Below the pieces are notes generated by a model. That model was given only the letters and a program-made list of their open reading frames with translations, was not told the origin of the DNA and ran no database searches. Shown one piece after another: positions 1 to 9,348 of a DNA stretch of 57,132 nucleotides (position 1 is the first letter of the stretch; each line of letters opens with the position of its first letter). The translations under genes were made by a program, and so were the position numbers. The DNA is taken from IMG/VR virus record IMGVR_UViG_3300048917_000273, positions 1-57,132 of that record; one strand, written 5' to 3'. Origin of the DNA: a virus.

Positions 1-127
1 CGAAGTAGTCACCCGGCGACGTGTTCGGATTCGGCTGCTTCAGTGTCACCCACGCCGACCAGTCGGTCTGCTGCGCGTTGGCGTAGATCGCCGAGGCGCG
101 CCAGCGGTACGTCGCACCCGGCGTCAG
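1..127. repeat. terminal direct repeat identical to 57006..57132 (assembly overlap of a circular contig)
   Basis: Read directly: bases 1-127 equal 57006-57132. The repeat lies inside one uninterrupted minus-strand reading frame. Confidence 0.95.
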
Positions 128-1252
128 GCCGGTGACTGACGTCGTGTCCGCGTTCGTCGAGATCTGCGTCACCGTGCCGGTCGTGCCCAGCTGGCGCTGG
201 ATCACGTAGTTGACGAAGTTCGTCTTGTTCGTGCTCGTCTTCACCGTCGCCGAGCGACCCGAGATCTGAGCGACGACGCTGATGGTCGGCGCGGCCTTCG
301 GGGATGTCGCGAGCGTGACGGCCGCCGACCAGCTGGAATTGGCCGATGCAGTCCGAGCGCGGATCGAGATGTAGTAGAGCGTGCCCTCGGTCAGGCCGGT
401 GATCTTGTACGTGTCGTTCCACGGCGCGAGCGTGGTGGTGCTCGACGTGCTCGCGGCCGGGAAGGAGGGATCCTTGCTCCACCGGACCTCGTAGCCCGCG
501 AGCGCCGGGCCGTTGACGTCCTCCCACATGACGATCAGCGACGTCTGCGTCGGGCTCGACAGAATCGGCGTCAGGATCGGAGCCATCGGCAGGGTCGTGA
601 CGGATGCGTCGTTCGACTTCGGCGAGTAGCCCACCGAGTTGTGCGCGTAGACGCAGTAGTAGTACGTCGTCGCGGGCTGTACCGTGGCATCCGCGCGCGA
701 GCGGTTGTTCGCCGACGACACGTTCGTGTAGCCCGAGCCGTCCACCGGCGTCTTCGAGTTGCGACGCAGCAGGTACGTGTCGATGTTCGGGCCGCCGTCA
801 TCGCTCGGCGCCGACCAGGAGACCGTCACGCTGCGCGTGCTGATCGACGAGAACGTGGGCGTTCCCGGCTTGCTCGGCACCGTGCCGATGCGCGGGACCG
901 AGACACTAGCGGACACCGTGGTCGGGCCGCCGATGCCGCTCGTGCCCGTGCTCGGAATCGAGAACGAGAATGCCTGCGCGCCGAGCGTACCGTCCGAGGA
1001 GTGGTTGCGCTTCGTGTCGTTCCACGTCCCGAACGTGTACGTGCCGCTGCCGACGACGTCGTCCGTGCCCGACACTGCGGTGCCCGCCACCTTGCCAGTC
1101 CAGTGGATGCCGTAGGCGAACGTCGGCGAGGACGAGTTGATCAGCTGGAACTTGGTGTCGAACAGCGTGTAGTTGCCGGACTGGCTCTGCGTGTACGTGA
1201 TCACCATGCGGAGGGTTCCGCTGGTGCCAGTCTTCTTGTCGTAGTTTGTCAT
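1..1252 (-). CDS. minor tail/fibre protein with three fibronectin type III repeats, N-terminal ~417 codons; continues in frame across the junction at 57005->55825 (811 aa total)
   Basis: Hand translation from ATG 1252 (MTNYDKKTGTSG...) finds no stop down to base 2. FN3 signatures: SVTVSWSAPSDDGGPNIDTYLLRR, LIVMWEDVNGPALAGYEVRW, GLTPGATYRWRASAIY. The codon phase matches ORF 55825..57054 through the overlap. It is absent from the ORF track because it is open at the window edge. Confidence 0.85.
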   Translation of the reverse strand, partial: MTNYDKKTGTSGTLRMVITYTQSQSGNYTLFDTKFQLINSSSPTFAYGIHWTGKVAGTAVSGTDDVVGSGTYTFGTWNDTKRNHSSDGTLGAQAFSFSIPSTGTSGIGGPTTVSASVSVPRIGTVPSKPGTPTFSSISTRSVTVSWSAPSDDGGPNIDTYLLRRNSKTPVDGSGYTNVSSANNRSRADATVQPATTYYYCVYAHNSVGYSPKSNDASVTTLPMAPILTPILSSPTQTSLIVMWEDVNGPALAGYEVRWSKDPSFPAASTSSTTTLAPWNDTYKITGLTEGTLYYISIRARTASANSSWSAAVTLATSPKAAPTISVVAQISGRSATVKTSTNKTNFVNYVIQRQLGTTGTVTQISTNADTTSVTGLTPGATYRWRASAIYANAQQTDWSAWVTLKQPNPNTSPGDYF

Positions 1253-1262
1253 CGAGATCTCC

Positions 1263-3194
1263 CTACGGCGTGGTCACTGCGAGTGCGTCGGCGTACATGA
1301 CCAGCTGCGCACCGACGGCCCACGACGTCAGCTTTCCATACATCGAGACGCGCGCGATCGTGGCGCCAGCCGGGGGCTGGACACTCGCCACTGACAGCGC
1401 GCCGCCGCTCGCCGGGCCCGTGGTCAGATTGTCGACGCGCAGGGACGCCGACGCCGAGCGCCAGTCGATCTGCAGCTGCATGGAGCCGAGCACCGCGGTT
1501 CCCGCGAGCAGCTGCATCACGCCCCACATCGTGGCCGAGAAGCGGTACGCGGCATCCGTCGGCAGGGCGACATCCTGGTAGGCGCGCAGCGTGCCGTTCG
1601 TCCCGGCGTTCGTGGTGGTCACGGCGATCTTGAACGACGCCGTACCGACGGCGGCGAGGTCCGTGCTGCGCGCGCCGCTCGTCACGGCAGGTGTGAGGAC
1701 CGTCGACGACGCCGCCCAGCCCACGGCGTCCGTCTCCACCGACGGATTGATCGAGTGGTTCGTCGCGACGACCTGCGTGCCGGACGACGCCAGTTCGCCG
1801 GACGGGTACTCGGCCAGGTTCGTCGGAACGTCGGCAGCGAGGAGCGTGCCCCAGTTCGTGATCTCCGGCGTATAGCCGACGCCATACATACGCGGCTGCT
1901 CGGCCGTCAGGGTGAACTCGACGATGTAGCCCCAGCGCGCGTACGTGCCGCCGTAGCGCTCGCCGCGCTCGAGCTTCGTCTGGATGAGCGGAGCCGTCGT
2001 GCACTTCACGCCGTGCAGGACGCGGGTGTGCAGGTCGACGCGCGCGGTGTAGACCTCCCACGGCTCCTCGTCTGGATCGTAGGCCGGGGCGCACTCGACG
2101 AAGAACGTCATGTCGCTCGTTCCGCAGGACGAGCCGGGGTGCGTCGAGCACCCCTTCTCTGCGAGGCGCGAGTCGAGCCAGGAGAGCCCGTATTCGAGCC
2201 CGGCCTCCGACAGGGCAGTGAGCAGCACGCGGAAGCGCACAGCGCGCGACGTGCGCCGCTGGCGGCCGATCACGCCACCCTCGTCGATGCGCTCGACGAC
2301 CGGCGCCTGGTTCGTGGAGTCGGCGAGGTTCTCCGCCGAGATGCAGTAGACGCCGAGGAAGTCCTGCGAGTCGGCGTTGGTGAGCGCACCCTCGTCGTAC
2401 CAGGGCGCCTCGGAGATGTTGTCGTAGGAGTACAGCGTCGTCGGGTCGACGGGGTTCTCGGCGCGCGTCTCGTAGACGCTGGTCGAGGCATCCGGCGTCC
2501 CGGTCCACTCGTACTGGATCAGGCGGCCGCTCGGGTCGCTGCCGTCGAACGCGGGACCGGTGGTGCCGGATTCGGCGCACACGGACGAGACGTAGAACGT
2601 GGCGTACTCCGGGGTCAGGCCCGTCGAGTCGAACTCGAACAGCGCTGTCACCGCGCCCTCGGGTGGCACCTGCGTGGTGGAGACGATCGTCACCTGGTCG
2701 GTGGTCACCGCGGCGTCCGAGCCCGCGACCGGCGAGCCGATGGTTGCGCCGCCCGCGTCGCGCCAGGTGATCACGACGTGGAACGGGACCGAGCCAGCAT
2801 CGATGCACATCGACGCCTGCACGGTGAACGGGACATCCGGGGTGACCGGGACCGGAACGGTCCACTGCGCCTTCGTCGGCGTGACGCCGGAAGACACCAC
2901 CCAGAGGGCGGTGCCCATGTTGTTCGGCGCGTCGTCCTCGCGGCCCATGGCCACGGTCAGGCTGCCCCAGCCGGTGGTGTCGACGCCGCACTTCGGGTTC
3001 GTGACGAGGTTCGTGCGCACGACCGCCCACGGTGTGTACGTCGTCGTCTCGTCATCCGAAAGCATGTCGTAGATGCCATCGCACGGCACATCGTCGAACC
3101 AGTCGATCGGACACGGCGCCGTCTGCGCCGTCAGGATCGCCCTGGCGTTGTTGATGATCTCAGTGCCGCCGAAGCAGAAGTACCCGTCCCACAA
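1263..3194 (-). CDS. minor tail protein (first gene after tape measure) with carbohydrate-binding-module-like repeats
   Basis: ORF track, 643 aa. TTG start at 3194 with a GAGGGA SD 5 nt upstream. Repeated NLVTNP..TTGW and INPSVETDAVGW motifs. The FDGS..YEWTGT motif is shared with the 811-aa fibre. Confidence 0.75.
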   Translation of the reverse strand: MWDGYFCFGGTEIINNARAILTAQTAPCPIDWFDDVPCDGIYDMLSDDETTTYTPWAVVRTNLVTNPKCGVDTTGWGSLTVAMGREDDAPNNMGTALWVVSSGVTPTKAQWTVPVPVTPDVPFTVQASMCIDAGSVPFHVVITWRDAGGATIGSPVAGSDAAVTTDQVTIVSTTQVPPEGAVTALFEFDSTGLTPEYATFYVSSVCAESGTTGPAFDGSDPSGRLIQYEWTGTPDASTSVYETRAENPVDPTTLYSYDNISEAPWYDEGALTNADSQDFLGVYCISAENLADSTNQAPVVERIDEGGVIGRQRRTSRAVRFRVLLTALSEAGLEYGLSWLDSRLAEKGCSTHPGSSCGTSDMTFFVECAPAYDPDEEPWEVYTARVDLHTRVLHGVKCTTAPLIQTKLERGERYGGTYARWGYIVEFTLTAEQPRMYGVGYTPEITNWGTLLAADVPTNLAEYPSGELASSGTQVVATNHSINPSVETDAVGWAASSTVLTPAVTSGARSTDLAAVGTASFKIAVTTTNAGTNGTLRAYQDVALPTDAAYRFSATMWGVMQLLAGTAVLGSMQLQIDWRSASASLRVDNLTTGPASGGALSVASVQPPAGATIARVSMYGKLTSWAVGAQLVMYADALAVTTP

Positions 3195-3213
3195 AGGTAA
3201 TCCCTCATCTCTC

Positions 3214-6200
3214 TCAGAACAGCACTTCGGCGGCTCGGTTCAGCACGGCGAGCGCGGTGGCCGCGGGGTTCACTGCCCCCTGTACCACGATAGCGCCTGC
3301 CTCGATCGTGACCTCGCTGCCCGCACCGCGGATGCCGCCGGTCGCCATGGCCGTCGTGCTCGCCTTGCCCTGCGCGATCGCAGACAGCCAGCGCACCGAC
3401 GGGTCCACTCGGCTGAGGCTCCGGTCCAGCGGAACGACAGCCTCCGGGCCAGCCTCACCGATGAGCGCATACTCGGGGCCGGTCGTGATCGTACCGGCGG
3501 CGTGCGCCGTCGACTGGTTGCGGTTCTGGCCGGTCGTGATCTGCCCGTCGGCGCGCACCGTCATCGAGATGATGCGGCCGTCCCAGGTGTCGTAGAAGCT
3601 CGTCACCGCCTGGTTCGCGCCCTTGGTGTCGACGTGGATCGCTGTGTTCACGTTGCTCGGGATCAGGCCCAGCCGATCGGCGTAGTCCTGCGCCGCCTTC
3701 GACGACAGGCCCAGCTTCTCGAGTTGCTTCACCAGCGCGTCGCGACCCTTGAGGATCTCGATCGACGCGGCCGCCTGGTCGCCGGTCTGCTTCTCGATCG
3801 CCGCCGCGGCCGCCAGCGTCTTCTGGCCGACGGCATCCATGGCCGCCTGGTTCGCGCGGCCTGCCGCTGTCGACGTGTCGAAGTCCGTCTTCTGCGTGTT
3901 CAGAGCCGCGCCGTTGTTCTTCACCGACTGCGTCGCGGCGTCGAGCGCGCTCTGGTAGTCGCGGGACGCCGAGCGCGCGTCGTACGCCGTGCTGCTGAAG
4001 CCAGCAATCGTCTGCGACAGGTTGTCCGTGTCGGTCGACGTGGTGATCGACTGACCCGAGAGCACGCGCAGCTGGTCAGCCTGCGCAGCCGCGGCCGCCG
4101 CCGCGTCGATCTGCGCCTGCGTCTGGCCGGTCATGGCCAGCTGTACCAGGTTCGCGTTCGTCGCGACGAGACCCTGCGCGTTGGCCGCCTGCGTCAGGGC
4201 ATCCTTGAAGCCGGGCATATTGTTGATCATCGCGAGGATCTGCTCGTTCGACGCGCCAGCCTCGGTGGCGTACGCGCTGAACTGCGCGCTCGCGGCCGAG
4301 AGGTCCGTCCCGGCGAGCGTGGCGAGCGCCGGGTCCAGTTCGCCCAGCGTCGAGCGCAGGTCGTGCGCGGCATCCCCGAGGTCGGATGCGCCGATCGTCC
4401 ACCCGGCGAAGAACTCGCCGCCATGGGCATCTTCGTCGGCGATGCGCTGCAGTGCGCCGTGCAGGTTGTCGGCGTTCAGCTTCAGGTTGCCGAAGGCGTC
4501 GGTCGCGTTCTGCACGCCGCTCGTGTTCGCGAACTGCCCGAAGATGTCCTGGTACGACTGCAGCAGGCCCTTGTTCGCGGCGACCGCCTCGTTGGCCTTG
4601 CCCTCCCAGTCGTTCATCTTGTCGATGATCCCGGAGATGGCGGCACCGATGCCGACGCCGACCGCGGCGAACGCGCCGAGAAGGCCAGCCTTGCCGACCA
4701 TGCCGCCCAGCTTGCTGCCGAAGTCTGTCGCGCTGCCGGTCGCCTTCGTGAACGCGGTGTCAAGACCGGTGAGTTCGACGGCGACACCCTTCAGCGCGGC
4801 TGCCACGCCCTGAGACTTGGCGATCTGGCCGAAGATCTCGACGACGGCGATGCCCTCGGAGGCGATCTTCTCAAGGCTCCCGGCGAAGGTGGCGATGCCC
4901 TTCACGGCTGTGATGGCCACGAACCCGGCGGCGACAGCGACCAGGCCACCAGCGATCGCCTGCAGCACCGGCGCCGGGATCGCGTTCACGAAGTCGGCGG
5001 CCATCTGCACGAGCGGGGCGAGCGCGGTGGCGAGCGCGCCGAGCACGGTGGCCGCGCCGGTGATGGCATCGGAGAGCGCGCCAGACACGGCCGTGGCGAG
5101 CGCGGTCATGGACGGCGCGAGCGGCGACAGGGCGTCACCGACATCGGCGAGCGCCTGCGCGAGCAGGCCGAAGACGTTGAGGTCGCCGAGGATCTGCAGG
5201 AGCGTGGTGAGATCCGGGATGAAGTCGGTCAGGTTGTTGATGAAGATCGCCGTGCGGTTCACCGAGGCATCCGTCACCAGGTCGTTCAGCCCGCGGCCGA
5301 CAGCATCGAGCAGCGGGCCGAGCGCGCCGAAGATCGTCTGGGCGTGCGACATCCACTGGTCGAACCCGTTCGACTGGGTGAAGTTGTTGAACTGGGTCGC
5401 GAGCCGGTCGACGTAGTCGAGCAGACCCTTCACCAGGGGCTGAGCCTGGTTGATCGCGCGCACCATGGCCAGGCCGAACGTGCCAGCCGAGCCCGCCAGC
5501 TGCTCGAAGTTCGTCGCGGCCAGACCGATCATGGTCTGCACCTGCGTGAGCGCGTCGCCGCCGCCGGACAGCGACGTGGTGAACTCGTCGAAGACGTGAC
5601 CGGCGGCCTTGCCGAGCGTGGTGAACTGCGGGTTCAGCTGCTTCAGCACGCCCTCGAGGAGGGTGAAGTCGCCTGACATCTCGGAGATCGCGCCGCGGGT
5701 GATCTGCTCCTGCACGCCGACGAGCGCATCCTTCAGGCCGGTGAACTCGACGGCCGCGCCCTTCAGGTCGTCGGGCAGCTTCTTCGCGTCCTTGTTCAGT
5801 TCACTGAAGACGAGCGCGAGCGCGCCGACGCCACCGATCGCCGCGGTCGCCGCGCCGCCGAGCGCGAGGATGCCACCACCGGCGGCCGAGCCGAGCGCGG
5901 CGATCTCATCACCGGCCGACGCGATGACGCCGATGATGAGCGTCCACTGCCGGGTGTTCGCCGAGAGATCCTGCCAGCTGATCTTGAGTCGGTCGGACGC
6001 GCCGCGGTTCTTGTCCATCTCGGCGCGGAGGTTCGCGAAGCTCGGGATGACCTTGTCGGCCTCGTCCTTCAGTCGCCGCGCCTCCGACTCGGCGTGCTTC
6101 TGCGATCCGACCCAGTCGTCCAGCTGCTTCTGCGCCGCCTTGTAGGCGGCCGGGTGCAGGTTGGTCTCGTCGCGAAGCGTCTTCAGCTGTCGCTGCAGGT

Positions 6201-6549
6201 CACCGGCCGCCAGGTCGGCGTCGTCGAACTTCTTCGAGAAGTCATCGAGGAAGCCAGGGTCCAGGCGCAGCGACTCGAAGTTCTTCTGCGCCTTCTTGAC
6301 GTACGAGTCGAGGCGCTCGGACAGGCCCTTGCCGTAGGTGGTGCCGTCCTTCCGGCCCTGCTTCGTCCACTGGTCGTAGGACTTCTTGCCGGACTCGGTG
6401 AGGGTGTCCTTGAACCCCTTCTGCCACTTCTCGTCGTAGCCCTTCGCGCCAGCGGCACCGGCCTCCTGGCCGATCTTCTCAGCCTGAGCCGGAATGCGGT
6501 CGCCGTCCAGCGACCCGTTCCACTTGACACCGCCAACAACCTCGGCCAC
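3214..6549 (-). CDS. tape measure protein
   Basis: At 1111 aa this is the longest ORF. It is Ala/Gly-rich with long helical and hydrophobic stretches and lies directly downstream of the frameshifted chaperone pair. GTG start at 6549 with a GGGGAG SD. Confidence 0.9.
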   Translation of the reverse strand: MAEVVGGVKWNGSLDGDRIPAQAEKIGQEAGAAGAKGYDEKWQKGFKDTLTESGKKSYDQWTKQGRKDGTTYGKGLSERLDSYVKKAQKNFESLRLDPGFLDDFSKKFDDADLAAGDLQRQLKTLRDETNLHPAAYKAAQKQLDDWVGSQKHAESEARRLKDEADKVIPSFANLRAEMDKNRGASDRLKISWQDLSANTRQWTLIIGVIASAGDEIAALGSAAGGGILALGGAATAAIGGVGALALVFSELNKDAKKLPDDLKGAAVEFTGLKDALVGVQEQITRGAISEMSGDFTLLEGVLKQLNPQFTTLGKAAGHVFDEFTTSLSGGGDALTQVQTMIGLAATNFEQLAGSAGTFGLAMVRAINQAQPLVKGLLDYVDRLATQFNNFTQSNGFDQWMSHAQTIFGALGPLLDAVGRGLNDLVTDASVNRTAIFINNLTDFIPDLTTLLQILGDLNVFGLLAQALADVGDALSPLAPSMTALATAVSGALSDAITGAATVLGALATALAPLVQMAADFVNAIPAPVLQAIAGGLVAVAAGFVAITAVKGIATFAGSLEKIASEGIAVVEIFGQIAKSQGVAAALKGVAVELTGLDTAFTKATGSATDFGSKLGGMVGKAGLLGAFAAVGVGIGAAISGIIDKMNDWEGKANEAVAANKGLLQSYQDIFGQFANTSGVQNATDAFGNLKLNADNLHGALQRIADEDAHGGEFFAGWTIGASDLGDAAHDLRSTLGELDPALATLAGTDLSAASAQFSAYATEAGASNEQILAMINNMPGFKDALTQAANAQGLVATNANLVQLAMTGQTQAQIDAAAAAAAQADQLRVLSGQSITTSTDTDNLSQTIAGFSSTAYDARSASRDYQSALDAATQSVKNNGAALNTQKTDFDTSTAAGRANQAAMDAVGQKTLAAAAAIEKQTGDQAAASIEILKGRDALVKQLEKLGLSSKAAQDYADRLGLIPSNVNTAIHVDTKGANQAVTSFYDTWDGRIISMTVRADGQITTGQNRNQSTAHAAGTITTGPEYALIGEAGPEAVVPLDRSLSRVDPSVRWLSAIAQGKASTTAMATGGIRGAGSEVTIEAGAIVVQGAVNPAATALAVLNRAAEVLF

Positions 6550-6564
6550 TCGATCTCCCCTGCC

Positions 6565-6860
6565 TCAGCCGCCAGGCTGCAGCTGCTTGCGTGCGGCCTG
6601 GAAGATGGCGAACTCTTCCTGAGCCACCTTATCGCTGACGAAGCCCCGCTTGTGGTAGAGGGGCTCCTCCATCTCGGCGATCCACAGGTCGCGCGGCATC
6701 TCCGAGTCGAGGTTGTCGAGCGCCCACTTCTCGATGAGGGTCAGGAATCGGTGGAGGGGGAGGTCGAACGGATCGACCCCTTGCCAGGCGAGCGCCCCGT
6801 CGATCTCCGTCCACCAGCGGTTCGCGATGAAGAGGAGTCGGTGGACGGCTCCGTAGGGAA
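6565..6860 (-). CDS. tail assembly chaperone, -1 frame extension (T part of the G-T fusion)
   Basis: This frame is -1 relative to 6741..7193 and overlaps it. It has much higher third-position GC than the G frame across about 6745-6850 (LLFIANRWWTEIDGALAWQGVDPFDL...). It ends 15 nt before the tape measure start. Confidence 0.6.
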
Positions 6861-7193
6861 CTTCGAGAACTCCGCGAAGATCTGGTCGACCAGGCCGCCG
6901 TCGGGGTTCTCCTCCGATCCGCCGATGAGGTCGCCGAAGTCGATGCGCCGCGCCCACACCAGGTTCTGCACGGCACCGAGAGCCTCCTCGCCGAGCAGGC
7001 CCTCGATCAGCCGGAAGACGGACGCGAGCCGGGCGGCCCCGTCGGTCGTCGCCATGGCCATCGAGAGGAGCGCGGCCTGCGCCGTGGTGGGACGGCGGGC
7101 CAGGTAGACGGTGCCGTCGATCGGCACCTCCACGACCTGCTCATCCTTGGCGGCCTCGTGCGCCTCAGCGGCCACGTTGAAATTGATGCCCAT
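6741..7193 (-). CDS. tail assembly chaperone (G-like)
   Basis: ATG at 7193 (MGINFNVAAE...) preceded by an AAGGGA SD. It sits immediately upstream of the tape measure and overlaps a -1 frame ORF. Confidence 0.75.
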   Translation of the reverse strand: MGINFNVAAEAHEAAKDEQVVEVPIDGTVYLARRPTTAQAALLSMAMATTDGAARLASVFRLIEGLLGEEALGAVQNLVWARRIDFGDLIGGSEENPDGGLVDQIFAEFSKFPTEPSTDSSSSRTAGGRRSTGRSPGKGSIRSTSPSTDS

Positions 7194-7227
7194 CCGGGAT
7201 CCCTTCGTCCTGGTCAGGCTATCACCT

Positions 7228-7241
7228 GTATCACAGAAGTC
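7228..7241 (-). repeat. 14-bp exact repeat GACTTCTGTGATAC (minus sense), copy 1
   Basis: Identical 14-mer at 22910..22923. It is intergenic, 2 nt downstream (minus sense) of palindrome 7244..7259 and 34 nt upstream of ATG 7193. Confidence 0.8.
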
Positions 7242-7243
7242 GT

Positions 7244-7259
7244 GTCCCAAGCTTGGGAC
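7244..7259. repeat. 16-bp palindrome GTCCCA-N4-TGGGAC, copy
   Basis: GTCCCAAGCTTGGGAC. Intergenic, between the stop at 7263 and the chaperone ATG at 7193. Confidence 0.9.
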
Positions 7260-7262
7260 AGA

Positions 7263-7712
7263 TCACCCGAAGACGATGCCGCCGTGCTGGACGGCGATGC
7301 GCGTGCACGCCTTGTCGAGCCACTGATTCGGGCGTTGCCCGGCCAAGCCGCGAGTGCCGTAGAACTTCCCGAAGTGCTGACCGGCGTGCGGGCTCACCGT
7401 GTTCCGTCCGGGGCCGCCCGGCCCGAAGGCGTATAGCTTGCCCGGCGGTCGGCGGTTCGTGCCCTCGTGCACGAACTCGGCGTGGTCGGAGACGTTCGTG
7501 ATCTCCATCCGCACCTGGTACTGGTTCGAGCCGGGGAGGATGCTCGAGCGGTGCGCGGCCGCGAGTGCGCCCGAGCGCGACGGCGCGCTCGACACCGCGG
7601 CACGATGCATCTGCAGGCGCACCTTGTCCATCCAGCGGTAGCCGCTGCCCATCGGCAGGAACATCCGCTGGATGTTGGCCTCATAGACCTGCACTCGATA
7701 CGTGGTCGGCAT
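7263..7712 (-). CDS. head-tail connector / tail terminator-like protein (HK97 gp10-like)
   Basis: ORF track, 149 aa. The HAEFVHEGT motif resembles the gp10-family xAxxVEFGT motif. It is the last gene before the chaperones. Confidence 0.55.
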   Translation of the reverse strand: MPTTYRVQVYEANIQRMFLPMGSGYRWMDKVRLQMHRAAVSSAPSRSGALAAAHRSSILPGSNQYQVRMEITNVSDHAEFVHEGTNRRPPGKLYAFGPGGPGRNTVSPHAGQHFGKFYGTRGLAGQRPNQWLDKACTRIAVQHGGIVFG

Positions 7713-7713
7713 C

Positions 7714-8253
7714 TCAGGCCCAGCCGACGAAGCCGCTCCACAGGCCGCCAGAGCGGCCGCCCGCGTTGTCCAGCGGGGTCCACGTCCCGGCCTGCACGAC
7801 GATCGCCGGGCCGCCCGCCTGCTTCTGCTCGGCTGGCAGGCAGCACAGCAGGGCGCGCTTCATAGCGCGCATGTCCCCCATATAGAGACGAGCCGCGTCG
7901 AACGTGGCCTGCTTGTCCGGGAAGAGTTCGCGCCCCGTTGCGACCGGCGCGCACCGGGCGACGCCGAGTTCGACCTGGTACGCCAGCGGAGATGCGCACG
8001 ACGTCGACGCCACCTGGTTCGGGAGCGGGAATGACGTGCTCGGGAATCCCGACACCAGGCGCACCCACGCCACGCCACAGTCACCGTTCGAGCAGTCGGC
8101 CATGCCGAAGGGCGGCGGCGCGGCGCCGATCGCCAGACCGCAGTAACACAGACCGGGGCCGCCCGCGGCCTCGAGTTCCGAGCACAGGCAGTCCGAGAGC
8201 CGCGAGATCACCTCGAAGATCGGGTCGTCGACGAAGTCCGGACTCAGCCCCAT
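7714..8253 (-). CDS. head-to-tail stopper-like, Cys-rich connector protein
   Basis: ORF track, 179 aa. Position in the connector block, with a 10-nt overlap with the upstream gene. Confidence 0.5.
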   Translation of the reverse strand: MGLSPDFVDDPIFEVISRLSDCLCSELEAAGGPGLCYCGLAIGAAPPPFGMADCSNGDCGVAWVRLVSGFPSTSFPLPNQVASTSCASPLAYQVELGVARCAPVATGRELFPDKQATFDAARLYMGDMRAMKRALLCCLPAEQKQAGGPAIVVQAGTWTPLDNAGGRSGGLWSGFVGWA

Positions 8254-9077
8254 GTCGTCATCCTCGTCGGCATGACGTCGGGGGATGCCACGATCACGGG
8301 TGACTTCAGCTGGTTCGGGTTGTAGATGCGGATCAGGGCCTGCACTTCGGGGATGCCGGTGTCGCCGTTCACGAAGTCGATCATCGACAGGTCGAAGGTC
8401 TCGCCCGCGCGGGTCACGTTCGTCACGTTGTAGGGCAGGCGGCAGTTCGCGTCCTGGTCGCAGGCGAGAAGGAACTCATTGGCGAGCACGCCCGCCGCGC
8501 CGTTCGTCATCACGTTCGGCGCCGCGCCGCGGTAGTAGGTGACCGAGAATCCCTGCTGGTCGTTCTCCGTCATGTCCTGGCAGGCGGGCCACTCATCGCC
8601 GTCCAGGCGCACCAGGCGGTTCCCGTTCATCACCTTGTATGCCGAGCGCATCAGCTGCGTGCCGTCGACGTAGACCGAGACGATTGAGCCGACCGGCCCG
8701 GGCAGCACGACCTCGGAAAGGGCCGTGCATGAGCAGTCGGAGGGGCGGCATCCGCAGGCGTTCAGCCAGCGGCCGCCGGTGATGTACGGGTTGAACTGGC
8801 CGATGATGGCGGCAGGGAGCGCGGCCGTTCCGGACCCGCGCGCGATCGCCGTGACGTACGACGAGCCCTCGCCGAGGCACTGCGCCGCGCACGGGCGAAC
8901 CGTGATCGGGCAGGTGCCGATGCGGTACGCAGTCAGAGACGCGAGCAGGGACCAGGCGAACGCTTCGGCTCGATCGATCTTCGGACCCATGACAGGGTCT
9001 GCGCGCTGCTCGGCGAGTTCCTCGGCCGTCCAGCGGCACGACCAGTCCGTCGTGCTCGGGACACAGATGTCGGACAT
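8244..9077 (-). CDS. head-to-tail adaptor-like protein
   Basis: ORF track, 277 aa. The pattern AEAFAWSLL..CPITVRPC..LPGPVGSIVSVYVDG..WPACQD is typical of actinophage adaptors (recalled from memory, not searched). Confidence 0.5.
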   Translation of the reverse strand: MSDICVPSTTDWSCRWTAEELAEQRADPVMGPKIDRAEAFAWSLLASLTAYRIGTCPITVRPCAAQCLGEGSSYVTAIARGSGTAALPAAIIGQFNPYITGGRWLNACGCRPSDCSCTALSEVVLPGPVGSIVSVYVDGTQLMRSAYKVMNGNRLVRLDGDEWPACQDMTENDQQGFSVTYYRGAAPNVMTNGAAGVLANEFLLACDQDANCRLPYNVTNVTRAGETFDLSMIDFVNGDTGIPEVQALIRIYNPNQLKSPVIVASPDVMPTRMTTWG

Positions 9078-9086
9078 ACGGCCAAC

Positions 9087-9347
9087 CTATCCCACCCTCA
9101 GCGCCTGCACATGCGTGAGGATCATCTGGTCGGTGATGACGTTCTCGGCGCGGCCGGGCTGGTCGACACCGTTGGCGATCGCCGACTCATAGGCGTTGGC
9201 CATCTCGTCGTTGGCGACGAGTCCCCACACGTTGGCGTTGACCCAGGTGGCCGGATCCGGCACGCCCTCGAGTGCGGCGCATGCGGTGAGTCGACGATTC
9301 AGAAGGGGGTCCGAGACCATCCCGGCGATGATGTTGTACGAGGCCAT
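9087..9347 (-). CDS. hypothetical protein
   Basis: ORF track, 86 aa. GC3-rich and tightly packed between neighbouring genes. Confidence 0.7.
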   Translation of the reverse strand: MASYNIIAGMVSDPLLNRRLTACAALEGVPDPATWVNANVWGLVANDEMANAYESAIANGVDQPGRAENVITDQMILTHVQALRVG

Positions 9348-9348
9348 G

